Below are positions 47,318 to 56,514 of a stretch of DNA of 64,000 bases, piece after piece; the first letter of the stretch is position 1, and every line of letters starts with the position of its first letter. The position numbers and the translations under genes were made by a program. The DNA is from Candidatus Latescibacterota bacterium (lineage in GTDB: Bacteria > Latescibacterota > UBA2968 > GCA-2709665): contig OZ220733.1 in the NCBI GenBank assembly GCA_965116875.1, positions 512,001-576,000 on the forward strand, given 5' to 3'. The notes below the pieces were generated by a model that saw nothing but the letters and a program-made list of their open reading frames with translations, did no database searches and was not told where the DNA came from.

Positions 47318-49729
47318 ATGTCAAACGTCAATTCGTCAGGTACGGGGAGTAAGCCGAAACTGCCGGAAACGGTCGACAGGCCGGGAGGGTGCCCTTTGAC
47401 GCGGTGGCTGCTGGACGGATTCAGTTGTTCGGGATGGTTCGTGTTCCTGATCTGCATGTGCGGTGCCGGTGTTGCAAACGACAACCCCGGGCAGATCGAC
47501 GGCGTGGTGCAAACCGAAGGCGGGGTGCCCCTGGCCTACGTGAATGTGATCGTCGCGAATACATCGCTGGGAACCGTATCTTCCACCACCGGGCGGTTTT
47601 CAATGGTCGGCGTTCCTTCTGGTGAACATACGGTGGTCGCAAGTCTTGTCGGCTTCCGGAATGCCCGGCGCGAAGTGATCGTTGAAGCAAACGCCGTTTC
47701 AAGGATCGCAATCGTGTTACAGCCGGAAACAACCGCGCTCCCGACAATTGTCGTCACTGGCACCAGATCGGCGCAGCGGATTGAAGACGCCCCAATCCGG
47801 ACGCAGGTCGTCACCAGGCGTGAGATTGACGGCGCGGGGGTGGTGGACCTGGGAAGCCTGTTGTCCGAACAGACCGGACTCGCTGTCATTTCCGATCACG
47901 GAACCGGCGTTCAGATACAGGGGTTCGATCCAGATTATACCCTCATACTGGTCGACGGCGAACCCATCATCGGACGCACGGCGGGAACCCTTGACCTGGA
48001 CCGCTTTCTGGTGAGCAATCTCGAACAGGTCGAGATCGTAAAGGGTTCCACCTCCTCGCTGTACGGCAGCGAGGCGCTGGCAGGCGTGATCAATCTGATC
48101 ACCCGCATGCCTGAAAAGCCCTTTTCCGTATCCATTCGACCCCGGTTAGGGACCTTCGGCGCCATGAATTTCACAGGTGAACTGGAATCCCGCCAGCGGG
48201 AAATCGGAATTTCGCTGATCGTAGACAGAAGCAGGAGCAAGGGGTACGACCACACGCCGGAGACCTTATCACCCACCGCGCCCGAATACGTCACCTACAC
48301 GGCGAGTCCCAAAGTGATCTACCAGCCGAACGACCGGATCACCCTTTCCCTGTCGGCAAGGGCATTCCGGGAGAGCCAAACCAGCCCGGAAGAGATCACC
48401 TCGCGCAGCGGAACCATGCCCGTTAACCGGGACGCGAGCCTCACAGACTGGAATATCAGCCCCAAAGTCGTCTACCGATGGACACCCGGCCTTCGGATTA
48501 CCGGCAAACTCCACACCGCAACATACAGGACCCGAAGCGAGCGGACCCGTAGCGATATCGGCGAAGTGTACGACCTGGCGACCTTCGATCAGAACTATCA
48601 TAAAGCCGAAATTCAGGTCCATTCGCTGATCGGAAAAACCAACGTTGTCACGTTGGGTGCGGGCTCGGTGTGGGAATCAGTTGAGGCCGACCGAATTTCG
48701 GGCGGACGGCAATCCTCGCGCAGTGCTTTCGTTTTTTTCCAGGAAGAATGGTTGCCCACGGCGTGGCTCGACGTTGTCGTCGGCGCGCGCGTGGATGCGC
48801 ACAGCGATTACGCAACCCGGGTGAGCCCGAAAGCCGCGCTGCTCGTCAAGTCGTTGCCCTGGCTGCATCTCCGCGGGTCTATCGGAAGCGGTTTCAAGGC
48901 GCCCACGTTTCAACAGCTGTATCTGGATTTCACCAATCCTTCGGTCGGATATTCCGTCCTCGGCTCCACCTACGTCCGTGAGGGAATGGCGCTGATGCAG
49001 GACGAAGGCCGGATTGCCACGGTGTTTCAGGACACCAGGGAACTGGAACAGATTCGTGCAGAGAGCGCGGTTTCGTTCAATACCGGCATTGAAATCGCGC
49101 CAGGAAGCCGCGCATCCGCCAAAGTCAGCTTCTTCCACAACAACGTAAAGGACCTGATCGAGGCCTCGCCTGTCGCCCGCAAGACGAGCGGCCAGAGCGT
49201 GTACACGTATTTCAATCTCAACCGCGCCTTCACCCGTGGCCTGGAAAGTGAATTCAAGATACGCATTTCTGAAAGAGCCGGATTTTCAGCGGGCTACCAG
49301 TATCTGGAAACCGGGGACCGGGACGTCCTGGACAGGCTCGACGACGGAAAGGTTGTGACGGTGGATCCGGAAACCAACAAGCTTCGCCGCGTTGAGACGT
49401 CCGAATACGGCGGGCTTTTCAATCGCTCGACCCACACGGCCACGCTGCGTCTGATTTATCGGGATGAGGAAACCGGCTTCGGCGGCAACGTGCGCGGGGT
49501 GCTTCGAGGGCGATACGGCTATCAGGACCGGAACCTGACGACTATCCTGGACGCGCACGACGAGTACGCGCCAGGCTACAACCTCTGGCACATCTCGTTT
49601 TCACAGCGAGTAAAGGATGCCGCAACGATTCGACTGGGTGTCCGGAACATCTTCGACGAAAAGCGGCTGGACTATGTTCCCTCGCTTCCCGGGCGAACAC
49701 TGTACTTAGACCTGACGAAGACCTTCTGA
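47318..49729 (+). CDS. TonB-dependent receptor (HmuR-like) with an N-terminal carboxypeptidase-regulatory-like domain
   Basis: IVVTGTR TonB-box region; plug motifs LILVDG and VEIVKG..SSLYGSEALAGVINLIT; FKAP; C-terminal Phe. Exact start uncertain. Confidence 0.9.
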   Translation: MSNVNSSGTGSKPKLPETVDRPGGCPLTRWLLDGFSCSGWFVFLICMCGAGVANDNPGQIDGVVQTEGGVPLAYVNVIVANTSLGTVSSTTGRFSMVGVPSGEHTVVASLVGFRNARREVIVEANAVSRIAIVLQPETTALPTIVVTGTRSAQRIEDAPIRTQVVTRREIDGAGVVDLGSLLSEQTGLAVISDHGTGVQIQGFDPDYTLILVDGEPIIGRTAGTLDLDRFLVSNLEQVEIVKGSTSSLYGSEALAGVINLITRMPEKPFSVSIRPRLGTFGAMNFTGELESRQREIGISLIVDRSRSKGYDHTPETLSPTAPEYVTYTASPKVIYQPNDRITLSLSARAFRESQTSPEEITSRSGTMPVNRDASLTDWNISPKVVYRWTPGLRITGKLHTATYRTRSERTRSDIGEVYDLATFDQNYHKAEIQVHSLIGKTNVVTLGAGSVWESVEADRISGGRQSSRSAFVFFQEEWLPTAWLDVVVGARVDAHSDYATRVSPKAALLVKSLPWLHLRGSIGSGFKAPTFQQLYLDFTNPSVGYSVLGSTYVREGMALMQDEGRIATVFQDTRELEQIRAESAVSFNTGIEIAPGSRASAKVSFFHNNVKDLIEASPVARKTSGQSVYTYFNLNRAFTRGLESEFKIRISERAGFSAGYQYLETGDRDVLDRLDDGKVVTVDPETNKLRRVETSEYGGLFNRSTHTATLRLIYRDEETGFGGNVRGVLRGRYGYQDRNLTTILDAHDEYAPGYNLWHISFSQRVKDAATIRLGVRNIFDEKRLDYVPSLPGRTLYLDLTKTF

Positions 49730-49760
49730 TCACATTTCTATCTCACCCGTGGAGGATGTA

Positions 49761-51035
49761 ATGAAGTTGCGACGCTTTTTTTTCGCCTGCGTTATCGTCC
49801 TTGCAGCCGTGCCGCTTCTCGCCCAGACGGTTGACGCCGCCGATTTCGACGGCGACGGCAAAGTCGATTTTAACGATTTCGTCATGTTCGCCCAGGCATT
49901 CGGGACGACGGACCCTCAATTCGACCTTGACGACAGCGGGATGGTCGATTTTCAGGATTTTTTGCTGTTCACGCGCGCATTCGGCGGTCCGGCCGAACCC
50001 GGCACAGCGCCCATTACATCGTTGACGGAGGTCATGGTGCGCGACCTTCCGTCCGATCCCGACCGGCAGGACGTATTCACCTATTACAGCCTGCGCGACA
50101 GCGCCATCGTCGCCCGGGCCGACTCCAATTCCACGAAGTGGGACCTCGCGTTCAAGTCGACGACCGTGCTGATCAACGGCGGCAGCAGCGGACCGGGCGA
50201 GGGCGGCGCGATCCTGCTGACGGAAACCGACTACCATACCCTTTCAATGGCGCCGGATTCGGAATATGCGGTTGACGTGGAGGGGCAACCCGCCGTTGGG
50301 CGAGCGTGGTACACGTACACCGGTCCGCCCAGCCATCACATCCTGATCAACCCGGGGGTGGTGCTGGTCGTCCGCACGGCCGACGGTCGATACGCCAAGC
50401 TCAGATTTACCAGTTACTATATGGGTGGGGAGGCGGTACCCTCTTCGGATGCGAGAGGGCGCTTCCTGAATTTCACCTACACGTTCCAGCCCGATGGATC
50501 GCGTTCTTTTTCCGCGCCACGAGAAGAAATTCAAACACTGACCGAAGTGATGGTCCGCGACGTCGCGGCCGACACAGGCAACGTGGGCGCCTTCACTTTC
50601 TACAGCCTTCGGGACAGCGGCCTCGTGTCACGGGCCGACTCGAATTCCACGAAATGGGATCTTGCCTTCAAATCAACAACAGTCCTGACCAACAGCGGAA
50701 CCAGCGGACCGGGAGACGGCGGTGCGATCGTACTGACGGCAACGGACTACGATACACTATCGATGGCGCCCGATTCGGATTACACGGTTGATCAGGAAGG
50801 GCAACCCGCAATATCAAGGCAGTGGTATACATACACCGGTCCGCCATCCCACCAGATTCTGATGAACCCCGGCGTAGTCCTGGTGATTCGCACGGCGGAT
50901 GGACGATTTGCCAAGCTCAAGTTCACGAGTTACTACCAGGGAGGCGAAGCAGTTCCTTCATCGCTTGAATCCAGATCCCGTTTCTACCACTTCACGTACA
51001 CGTATCAACCAGATGGGTCACGCTCGTTTCGTTGA
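49761..51035 (+). CDS. Double-HmuY hemophore-like protein with an N-terminal double EF-hand/dockerin-like domain
   Basis: Two tandem domains, each with WDLAF....N.G.SGPG.GGA, WYTY and RTADGR.AKL.FTSYY (HmuY signature); N-terminal DFDGDGKVDFNDF...FDLDDSGMVDFQDF; GGAGG RBS. Confidence 0.85.
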   Translation: MKLRRFFFACVIVLAAVPLLAQTVDAADFDGDGKVDFNDFVMFAQAFGTTDPQFDLDDSGMVDFQDFLLFTRAFGGPAEPGTAPITSLTEVMVRDLPSDPDRQDVFTYYSLRDSAIVARADSNSTKWDLAFKSTTVLINGGSSGPGEGGAILLTETDYHTLSMAPDSEYAVDVEGQPAVGRAWYTYTGPPSHHILINPGVVLVVRTADGRYAKLRFTSYYMGGEAVPSSDARGRFLNFTYTFQPDGSRSFSAPREEIQTLTEVMVRDVAADTGNVGAFTFYSLRDSGLVSRADSNSTKWDLAFKSTTVLTNSGTSGPGDGGAIVLTATDYDTLSMAPDSDYTVDQEGQPAISRQWYTYTGPPSHQILMNPGVVLVIRTADGRFAKLKFTSYYQGGEAVPSSLESRSRFYHFTYTYQPDGSRSFR

Positions 51036-51061
51036 CTGACCCAACACACAGGAGGTCCGTT

Positions 51062-51391
51062 ATGATTGCCGTTGCCAATCGCATCTACGTAACTCCGGAG
51101 TACGCCGAGCAGTTCGAGAAACGGTTCCGCAACCGCGCGCATCTCGTGGATGGAATGCCGGGTTTCATTTCCAACAAGGTGTTGAGACCCACCAAAAGCG
51201 ACCAACCCTACGTGGTTCTCACCTTCTGGGAAACCCGTGAGGATTTCAAGAACTGGGTGAATTCCGAGGAGTTCCAAAAAGGTCACTCCAGATCGGGTAC
51301 GCTGCCGAAGAAGGCGTTTTCCGATTCCAGCCATCTGGAGATTCATGAAGTCTTCCTGGATACCGAGAAAGAATACGCGGACGCGGTCTGA
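51062..51391 (+). CDS. IsdG/MhuD-like heme-degrading monooxygenase (ABM fold)
   Basis: Asn (VANRI), FE.RF..R, PGF, W...E.F..W..S..F..GH (Asn/Trp/His triad); last gene of the heme operon. Confidence 0.85.
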   Translation: MIAVANRIYVTPEYAEQFEKRFRNRAHLVDGMPGFISNKVLRPTKSDQPYVVLTFWETREDFKNWVNSEEFQKGHSRSGTLPKKAFSDSSHLEIHEVFLDTEKEYADAV

Positions 51392-51441
51392 TTAACCGCA
51401 TCAGAGCCGCACCCGCGGCATTGGGTCTACGGAGGCGGAAC

Positions 51442-51484
51442 AAACAAGGGGCTGCGAGCCAATACTCGCAACCCCTTGTTTTTT
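51442..51484. terminator. Intrinsic terminator between the heme operon and tRNA-Pro
   Basis: AAACAAGGGG-CTGCGAG...CTCGCA-ACCCCTTGTTTTTT hairpin. Confidence 0.72.
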
Positions 51485-51485
51485 A

Positions 51486-51562
51486 TGGTCGGGGAGGCGG
51501 GATTCGAACCCGCGACCCCCTGCTCCCAAAGCAGGTGCTCTGCCGGACTGAGCCACTCCCCG
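51486..51562 (-). tRNA. tRNA-Pro (TGG)
   Basis: Reverse complement CGGGGAGTGGCTCAGTCCGGCAGAGCACCTGCTTTGGGAGCAGGGGGTCGCGGGTTCGAATCCCGCCTCCCCGACCA folds as a cloverleaf with anticodon TGG, a TTCGA loop and encoded CCA. Confidence 0.96.
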
Positions 51563-51855
51563 ATACATCGCGCCAGGAATTTTTGTCTCTTCGGAATATC
51601 TACAAAACCGCTACGGCGAGCAAGAAAAAAGGTGAATCAGTCGCACAGACCGCGGTCATTCAGATCGTATTTCGTTGTCCGCCATGCGGGTCCGGAATCA
51701 TCTCATCGACGGCACGATCGACCGACCCTCAAAACAGCCCACTGCGTCTGCCGAGGTCCCTGGATTTTACTTGCCCGGATTGAACGCGCAAGGTAATTTG
51801 GCGTGCGGTTGTCGTAGAGTCGTTTCCCTTTCCTTCGTCAGCAATTCCTTCACCT

Positions 51856-52989
51856 ATGCCCGACAAACCCGTATTGATCATCGATGGCCATCTGGATATG
51901 GCCTTCAACGCCCTGTTCTACCGGCGCGACCTTACGCAGCCGGTGCATGTGCTGCGTGAACGGGAAGACGTCGTTCGCGCCGGGCTGTCGACCCATAAAG
52001 ACTCGCTGGAACGACGTGCGGGCCTGGAGGACAAGCGCTACACGGTGACCGTAACCCTGCCCGAGATGCGCGAAGGCCGCGTCGGCATCATGCTCTCCAC
52101 CATCATGTCGCGCGTTCAGGCCCCCTCCATCGACTCCCACAACTCCGTTCGCGCCCAGTCGGTCGCATTCGCGAGAGGCCAGAGCCACCTCCATTATTAC
52201 AACGCGCTGGCCCGCCGGGGTGAAATCACGTTCATCAGAAACGGAGCGGATCTGGATGCCTGTGTGTCGTCCTGGCAGGACCCTGCGGACACCACGCCGA
52301 TCGGCCTGATTCTCACCGCCGAGAGCGCCGATCCCATGCTGGGGCCCGACCAGGTGGGAGACTGGTGGAACGCCGGACTGCGCTCCGTATCCCTCACCCA
52401 CTTCGGTGCCAATACATACGGCCACGGGACCGGCACGGTGGGCGGGCTGTATCCGCCCGCCTATCCCCTGATGGACGCTTTTAAGGACGTAGGCATGGTC
52501 ATCGACCTCACGCACGCGTCGGACCTTACGTTCTGGCAGATCCTGGATTATTGGGACGGACCGGTCCACGCCAGCCACTGCAACTGCCGTGCGCTCCTTC
52601 GCGGCCAGAGGCACCTGAGCGACGAGATGATCCGGGCCATTGTCGAACGCGGCGGCGTCATTGGAATGGTCTTCGCGGAACAGATGCTCAGCCCTTCCTG
52701 GGACTGGGACGATCCTTCAACCCATTACACGACCGCCACGCGGCCGATGAAGGCCGTTGTCGAACACATCGACCACGTCTGCGAGCTCACCGGCAACAGC
52801 CGTCACGTGGCCATCGGCACGGATCTGGACGGTGGATTCGGACTGGAACTCTCCCCCACGGACTACAACACGATCGCCGACCTGCAGCGGTTTCCCGCCA
52901 TCATGGAAGCGCACGGGTACAATTCTGAAGACATCGACAACATCTGTCACGGAAATCTGATCCGGTTCTTCAAAGAGTCGTGGACCTGA
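51856..52989 (+). CDS. Membrane dipeptidase (M19 family)
   Basis: DGHLD, ESAD, DLTH, ASHCN and IGTDLDG motifs. Confidence 0.9.
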   Translation: MPDKPVLIIDGHLDMAFNALFYRRDLTQPVHVLREREDVVRAGLSTHKDSLERRAGLEDKRYTVTVTLPEMREGRVGIMLSTIMSRVQAPSIDSHNSVRAQSVAFARGQSHLHYYNALARRGEITFIRNGADLDACVSSWQDPADTTPIGLILTAESADPMLGPDQVGDWWNAGLRSVSLTHFGANTYGHGTGTVGGLYPPAYPLMDAFKDVGMVIDLTHASDLTFWQILDYWDGPVHASHCNCRALLRGQRHLSDEMIRAIVERGGVIGMVFAEQMLSPSWDWDDPSTHYTTATRPMKAVVEHIDHVCELTGNSRHVAIGTDLDGGFGLELSPTDYNTIADLQRFPAIMEAHGYNSEDIDNICHGNLIRFFKESWT

Positions 52990-53055
52990 CGCCAACCGTC
53001 CTGCCGCCTGCCCGACTCTAGCAACACTCCGCGCCGTCTACATCAAGGGATTCGA

Positions 53056-54138
53056 ATGCCGGACCGTCCGTACCTTATCGCAGACAGCCACCTCGACCTC
53101 GGATTCAGCGCCATTCAGGTCAACCGGGACCTCACGCAGCCGGCCGCGACCGTACGCATCCACGACGCCGAACCCGTCATGCGCAGCTTCGGCAGTTGCA
53201 CCGTGACGTTTCCTGAACTCCGCAGGGGCAACGTGGGGATCATATTCGGCACGATGATGTCCCGGACCGACCCGAACGACCGGTGGACCCGAACGGGCAT
53301 GTACTGCCAGGACCAGTGCCACGGCGTTGGCAGAGGCCACCTCGCCTATTATCAGGCGATGGAACGCGAAGGCGTGGTTCGGCTCATCCGCAATTCCAGG
53401 GACCTGGACGAGACGGTCGCCGCGTGGGAAAACCCTGCCCCCGATACCCCCATCGGTCTCGTGGTGGCCATGGAGAGCGCCGACCCGATCCTGGACCCGG
53501 CGCAGGTTCCCGAATGGTACGATCTGGGCCTTCGCATGGTGAGTATTTCCCACTATGGCGTCAGCTCCTACTGCCACGGAACGGGCACCGATGGCGGCCT
53601 CCTGGAACGCGGAAGACCCCTGCTCGACGCGTTGAAGGATGCAGGAATCATCGTTGACCTCACGCACACCACGGACCAGGCCTTCTGGGAAATCCTGGAC
53701 GTCTACGACGGCCCGGTGGCGGCGTCCCACCACAACTGCCGCGCCCTCACACCCGGTCAGCGCCAGCTCACCGACGAGATGATCGGCGCCATCGTCGAAC
53801 GGGGTGGCGTGATCGGCGCCGCATTCGATGCCTGGATGCTGGATCCGGACTGGAACCGTGAGATTCCCTGCTGGGCCCAGAGTACCAGGGCAACCCTCGA
53901 AACCGTAGCCGATCACATCGATCACGTCTGCCAACTGGCCGGCAACGCGCGGCATGCCGGCATCGGCACGGATCTGGACGGCGGCTTCGGACAGGAACAG
54001 TCCCCGCGCGACCTCAACACGATTGCCGATCTTCAAAACCTGGTCGGCATCCTCCAGCGCCGCGGTTACGACGAACCCGACGTTCGCAATATCCTCTCCG
54101 GCAACTGGGTCCGATTCCTCAAGGAAGTTTGGCGGTAG
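53056..54138 (+). CDS. Membrane dipeptidase (M19 family), tandem paralog
   Basis: DSHLD, ESAD, DLTH, ASHHN and IGTDLDG motifs. Confidence 0.9.
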   Translation: MPDRPYLIADSHLDLGFSAIQVNRDLTQPAATVRIHDAEPVMRSFGSCTVTFPELRRGNVGIIFGTMMSRTDPNDRWTRTGMYCQDQCHGVGRGHLAYYQAMEREGVVRLIRNSRDLDETVAAWENPAPDTPIGLVVAMESADPILDPAQVPEWYDLGLRMVSISHYGVSSYCHGTGTDGGLLERGRPLLDALKDAGIIVDLTHTTDQAFWEILDVYDGPVAASHHNCRALTPGQRQLTDEMIGAIVERGGVIGAAFDAWMLDPDWNREIPCWAQSTRATLETVADHIDHVCQLAGNARHAGIGTDLDGGFGQEQSPRDLNTIADLQNLVGILQRRGYDEPDVRNILSGNWVRFLKEVWR

Positions 54139-54192
54139 GAGGTCCGCTGGACGCAAGAGGAAAGAAGTGCGAGGGCTCGGGATCGTTGCCTC

Positions 54193-54966
54193 GTGACCGA
54201 TCCATCTCCCGACACAGCCGGCGAAAGGCTGTCAGGCATGTTCGAACCTGTCGATTCGACGCCATCATCGCGGAGCCAGCCGCCGGACCGCGCGGCTCGC
54301 AAGGCGGGAATTCTCCTGCTGCTTACGGTGATCTTTACGGTTGCGCTCGTCTACACCCGGGTTGCCGCCGACGCCGACCAGGCAACGCTGCTGGAATCGC
54401 TGGTCGCCATTTCACGGCGCCCGGTCATGTATATCCTTTCAGGAGTTGCCCGGCTGTTGTCCGGCATTGCGCTCCTGGGGGCGGGCTTGTTCCTGTTGCG
54501 GACCTGGATCATTCGAGGGGGATGGGCGACGTCGGCCGTCCCTCGCCTGTTCGTGTTGTCGGGTGCTTTGACCACGGTATCGGGAGGGATCGCAATCCTG
54601 ATCGCCATCCATCCCGCACTCGAGACCGTTTCAGGCGCCGGCGCCTCGCCTGCTCCCGACATGACCGTGCTGGAGTCGATGTCCGGCCTTCGATGGCTGA
54701 CAGGCGCGGCGGGTTTTTCCGCGGCCGGGGTCGCGCTCGCGGTGGCTTCCAGATACCAGTGGAAAGTGGGCGGCGCGCTGCGCAAGATTGCGCCGATATC
54801 GGCAGCATTGGGAGTCGCGATGCAGATCATCTGGATCGACAAGGGGACGAGTCTTCACGCGGCGATCGGCACCGCCTTCCTGGTCTGGCTGATCGTCATC
54901 GGATCCATGCTGGCCGGTGGATGGGTCGAACGGCAATATTCGACGACTTTTTTGAACGACAGTTGA
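54193..54966 (+). CDS. Integral membrane protein (DUF4386-like)
   Basis: About 6 hydrophobic helices; co-oriented in the operon. Confidence 0.6.
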   Translation: MTDPSPDTAGERLSGMFEPVDSTPSSRSQPPDRAARKAGILLLLTVIFTVALVYTRVAADADQATLLESLVAISRRPVMYILSGVARLLSGIALLGAGLFLLRTWIIRGGWATSAVPRLFVLSGALTTVSGGIAILIAIHPALETVSGAGASPAPDMTVLESMSGLRWLTGAAGFSAAGVALAVASRYQWKVGGALRKIAPISAALGVAMQIIWIDKGTSLHAAIGTAFLVWLIVIGSMLAGGWVERQYSTTFLNDS

Positions 54967-54999
54967 CCCTGGATTTCCGGTTTTTTGAATCGCGTGCGT

Positions 55000-56469
55000 A
55001 TGCCTTCCAGACCTAACCTCCTGCTTATCACGACCGACCAGCAGCGCGGCGACTGCCTCGGGTGCGACGGCCACCCGGTACTCGAAACTCCCTATCTGGA
55101 TGAACTGGCGGAGAGCGGCGCGCGTTTCAACCACGCCTATACCTCCGTCCCTTCCTGCACCCCGGCCCGCGCGGGTATCCTGACGGGAATGGACCAGTGG
55201 AACCACGGCCGTCTTACAATGACCGGAGCGGATCCACTCGAGTATCCGGCCACCTTGCCCGGCGAACTCGCCGGCGCCGGCTACCACACACAGGCCGTGG
55301 GAAAGATGCACTTCCACCCGCAGCGCAGACTCCACGGGTTTCACCATATGGTCCTGGACGAGAGCGGGCGGCGACTGGGAAACTTCATCAGCGACTACCA
55401 CGTTTTCTTCGAAAAACACAAAGAGGGCGAAACCGGCTACCGCGACCACAGCGTCGACTGGAACTCCTGGATGGCCCGTCCGTCCCATCTTCCGGAACAC
55501 CTTCACCCCACGCACTGGACGGCGTCGGAGGGCATCCGGTTTCTCGAAAATCGGGACCCGACCAAACCCTTCTTCCTCTGGCTGTCATTCGCTCGTCCCC
55601 ATTCCCCGTATGATGCGCCGCAGACGTACTACGATATGTACATCGACAATCCACGGGTTCCCAGGGCGGCCGTGGGAGCGTGGTCCGCCCGGTACGACCG
55701 TCGAATCGCCGACGTGAACGCCCCGCGCACCCATCGCACCAACGCCGAAACCCATCGCGCGCGGGCCGCATACTACGGCAATATCACCTTCATCGACCAT
55801 CAGATCGGCCGCGTTCTGCACGAACTGCGCCGGCGAGACCCCGCGGCCGCGGCCAACACCCTCGTTCTGTTCACGTCGGACCACGGCGACATGATGGGCG
55901 ACCATCACCACTGGCGCAAGACGTACGCGTATGAAGGCTCCGCCCGAATCCCGTTCATCCTCAGATATCCGGATGCGTGGGAGTTTCCCCGTGACCGGAC
56001 GCTGACTCAGGCGGTCGAACTGCGAGACGTCATGCCCACGTTTCTCGACGCCGCGGGCGTCCCCGTCCCGGAGTCCGTAGACGGTCGCAGTCTGCTCAGA
56101 CTATCGAGAGGCAGAGACGACGACTGGCGAGGGTTCGTACAGGGCGAACACACGACGTGTTACGACAAAGAACACGGGATGCAGTACGTTACCGACGGAC
56201 GTGAAAAGTACATCTGGTTCCACCATACGGGCGCCGAACAGTTCTTCGACCTGGAAGCCGATCCTCTGGAATGCAACGACCTTGCGGCCGACCCCGGCCG
56301 GCAACCGCGCATCGACGTCTGGCGTGAACGTCTGGCCGGGATCAACGAAGAACGCGGCGATCCCCGCGGCCGGAACGGCAGACTCGTGCCTCAGCCCGAC
56401 GGCGCGCTGTCGCTTTCGCCCAACTACGAGAAATGGAAACAACGGGCGAAGGTGATGGAAGGCGCTTAG
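55000..56469 (+). CDS. Arylsulfatase-family sulfatase
   Basis: TDQQR, CTPAR, GKMH, RPHSPYD, TSDHGD and RK motifs. Confidence 0.92.
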   Translation: MPSRPNLLLITTDQQRGDCLGCDGHPVLETPYLDELAESGARFNHAYTSVPSCTPARAGILTGMDQWNHGRLTMTGADPLEYPATLPGELAGAGYHTQAVGKMHFHPQRRLHGFHHMVLDESGRRLGNFISDYHVFFEKHKEGETGYRDHSVDWNSWMARPSHLPEHLHPTHWTASEGIRFLENRDPTKPFFLWLSFARPHSPYDAPQTYYDMYIDNPRVPRAAVGAWSARYDRRIADVNAPRTHRTNAETHRARAAYYGNITFIDHQIGRVLHELRRRDPAAAANTLVLFTSDHGDMMGDHHHWRKTYAYEGSARIPFILRYPDAWEFPRDRTLTQAVELRDVMPTFLDAAGVPVPESVDGRSLLRLSRGRDDDWRGFVQGEHTTCYDKEHGMQYVTDGREKYIWFHHTGAEQFFDLEADPLECNDLAADPGRQPRIDVWRERLAGINEERGDPRGRNGRLVPQPDGALSLSPNYEKWKQRAKVMEGA

Positions 56470-56514
56470 CTGAATATCGGACAGGTTCGCGCGCCACGCA
56501 ATGATGCGTTTTTA

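Noticed and set aside
51421-51796. ORFs 51421-51783 and 51476-51796
   Set aside because: They overlap the tRNA-Pro gene and its terminator on the opposite strand and are spurious.
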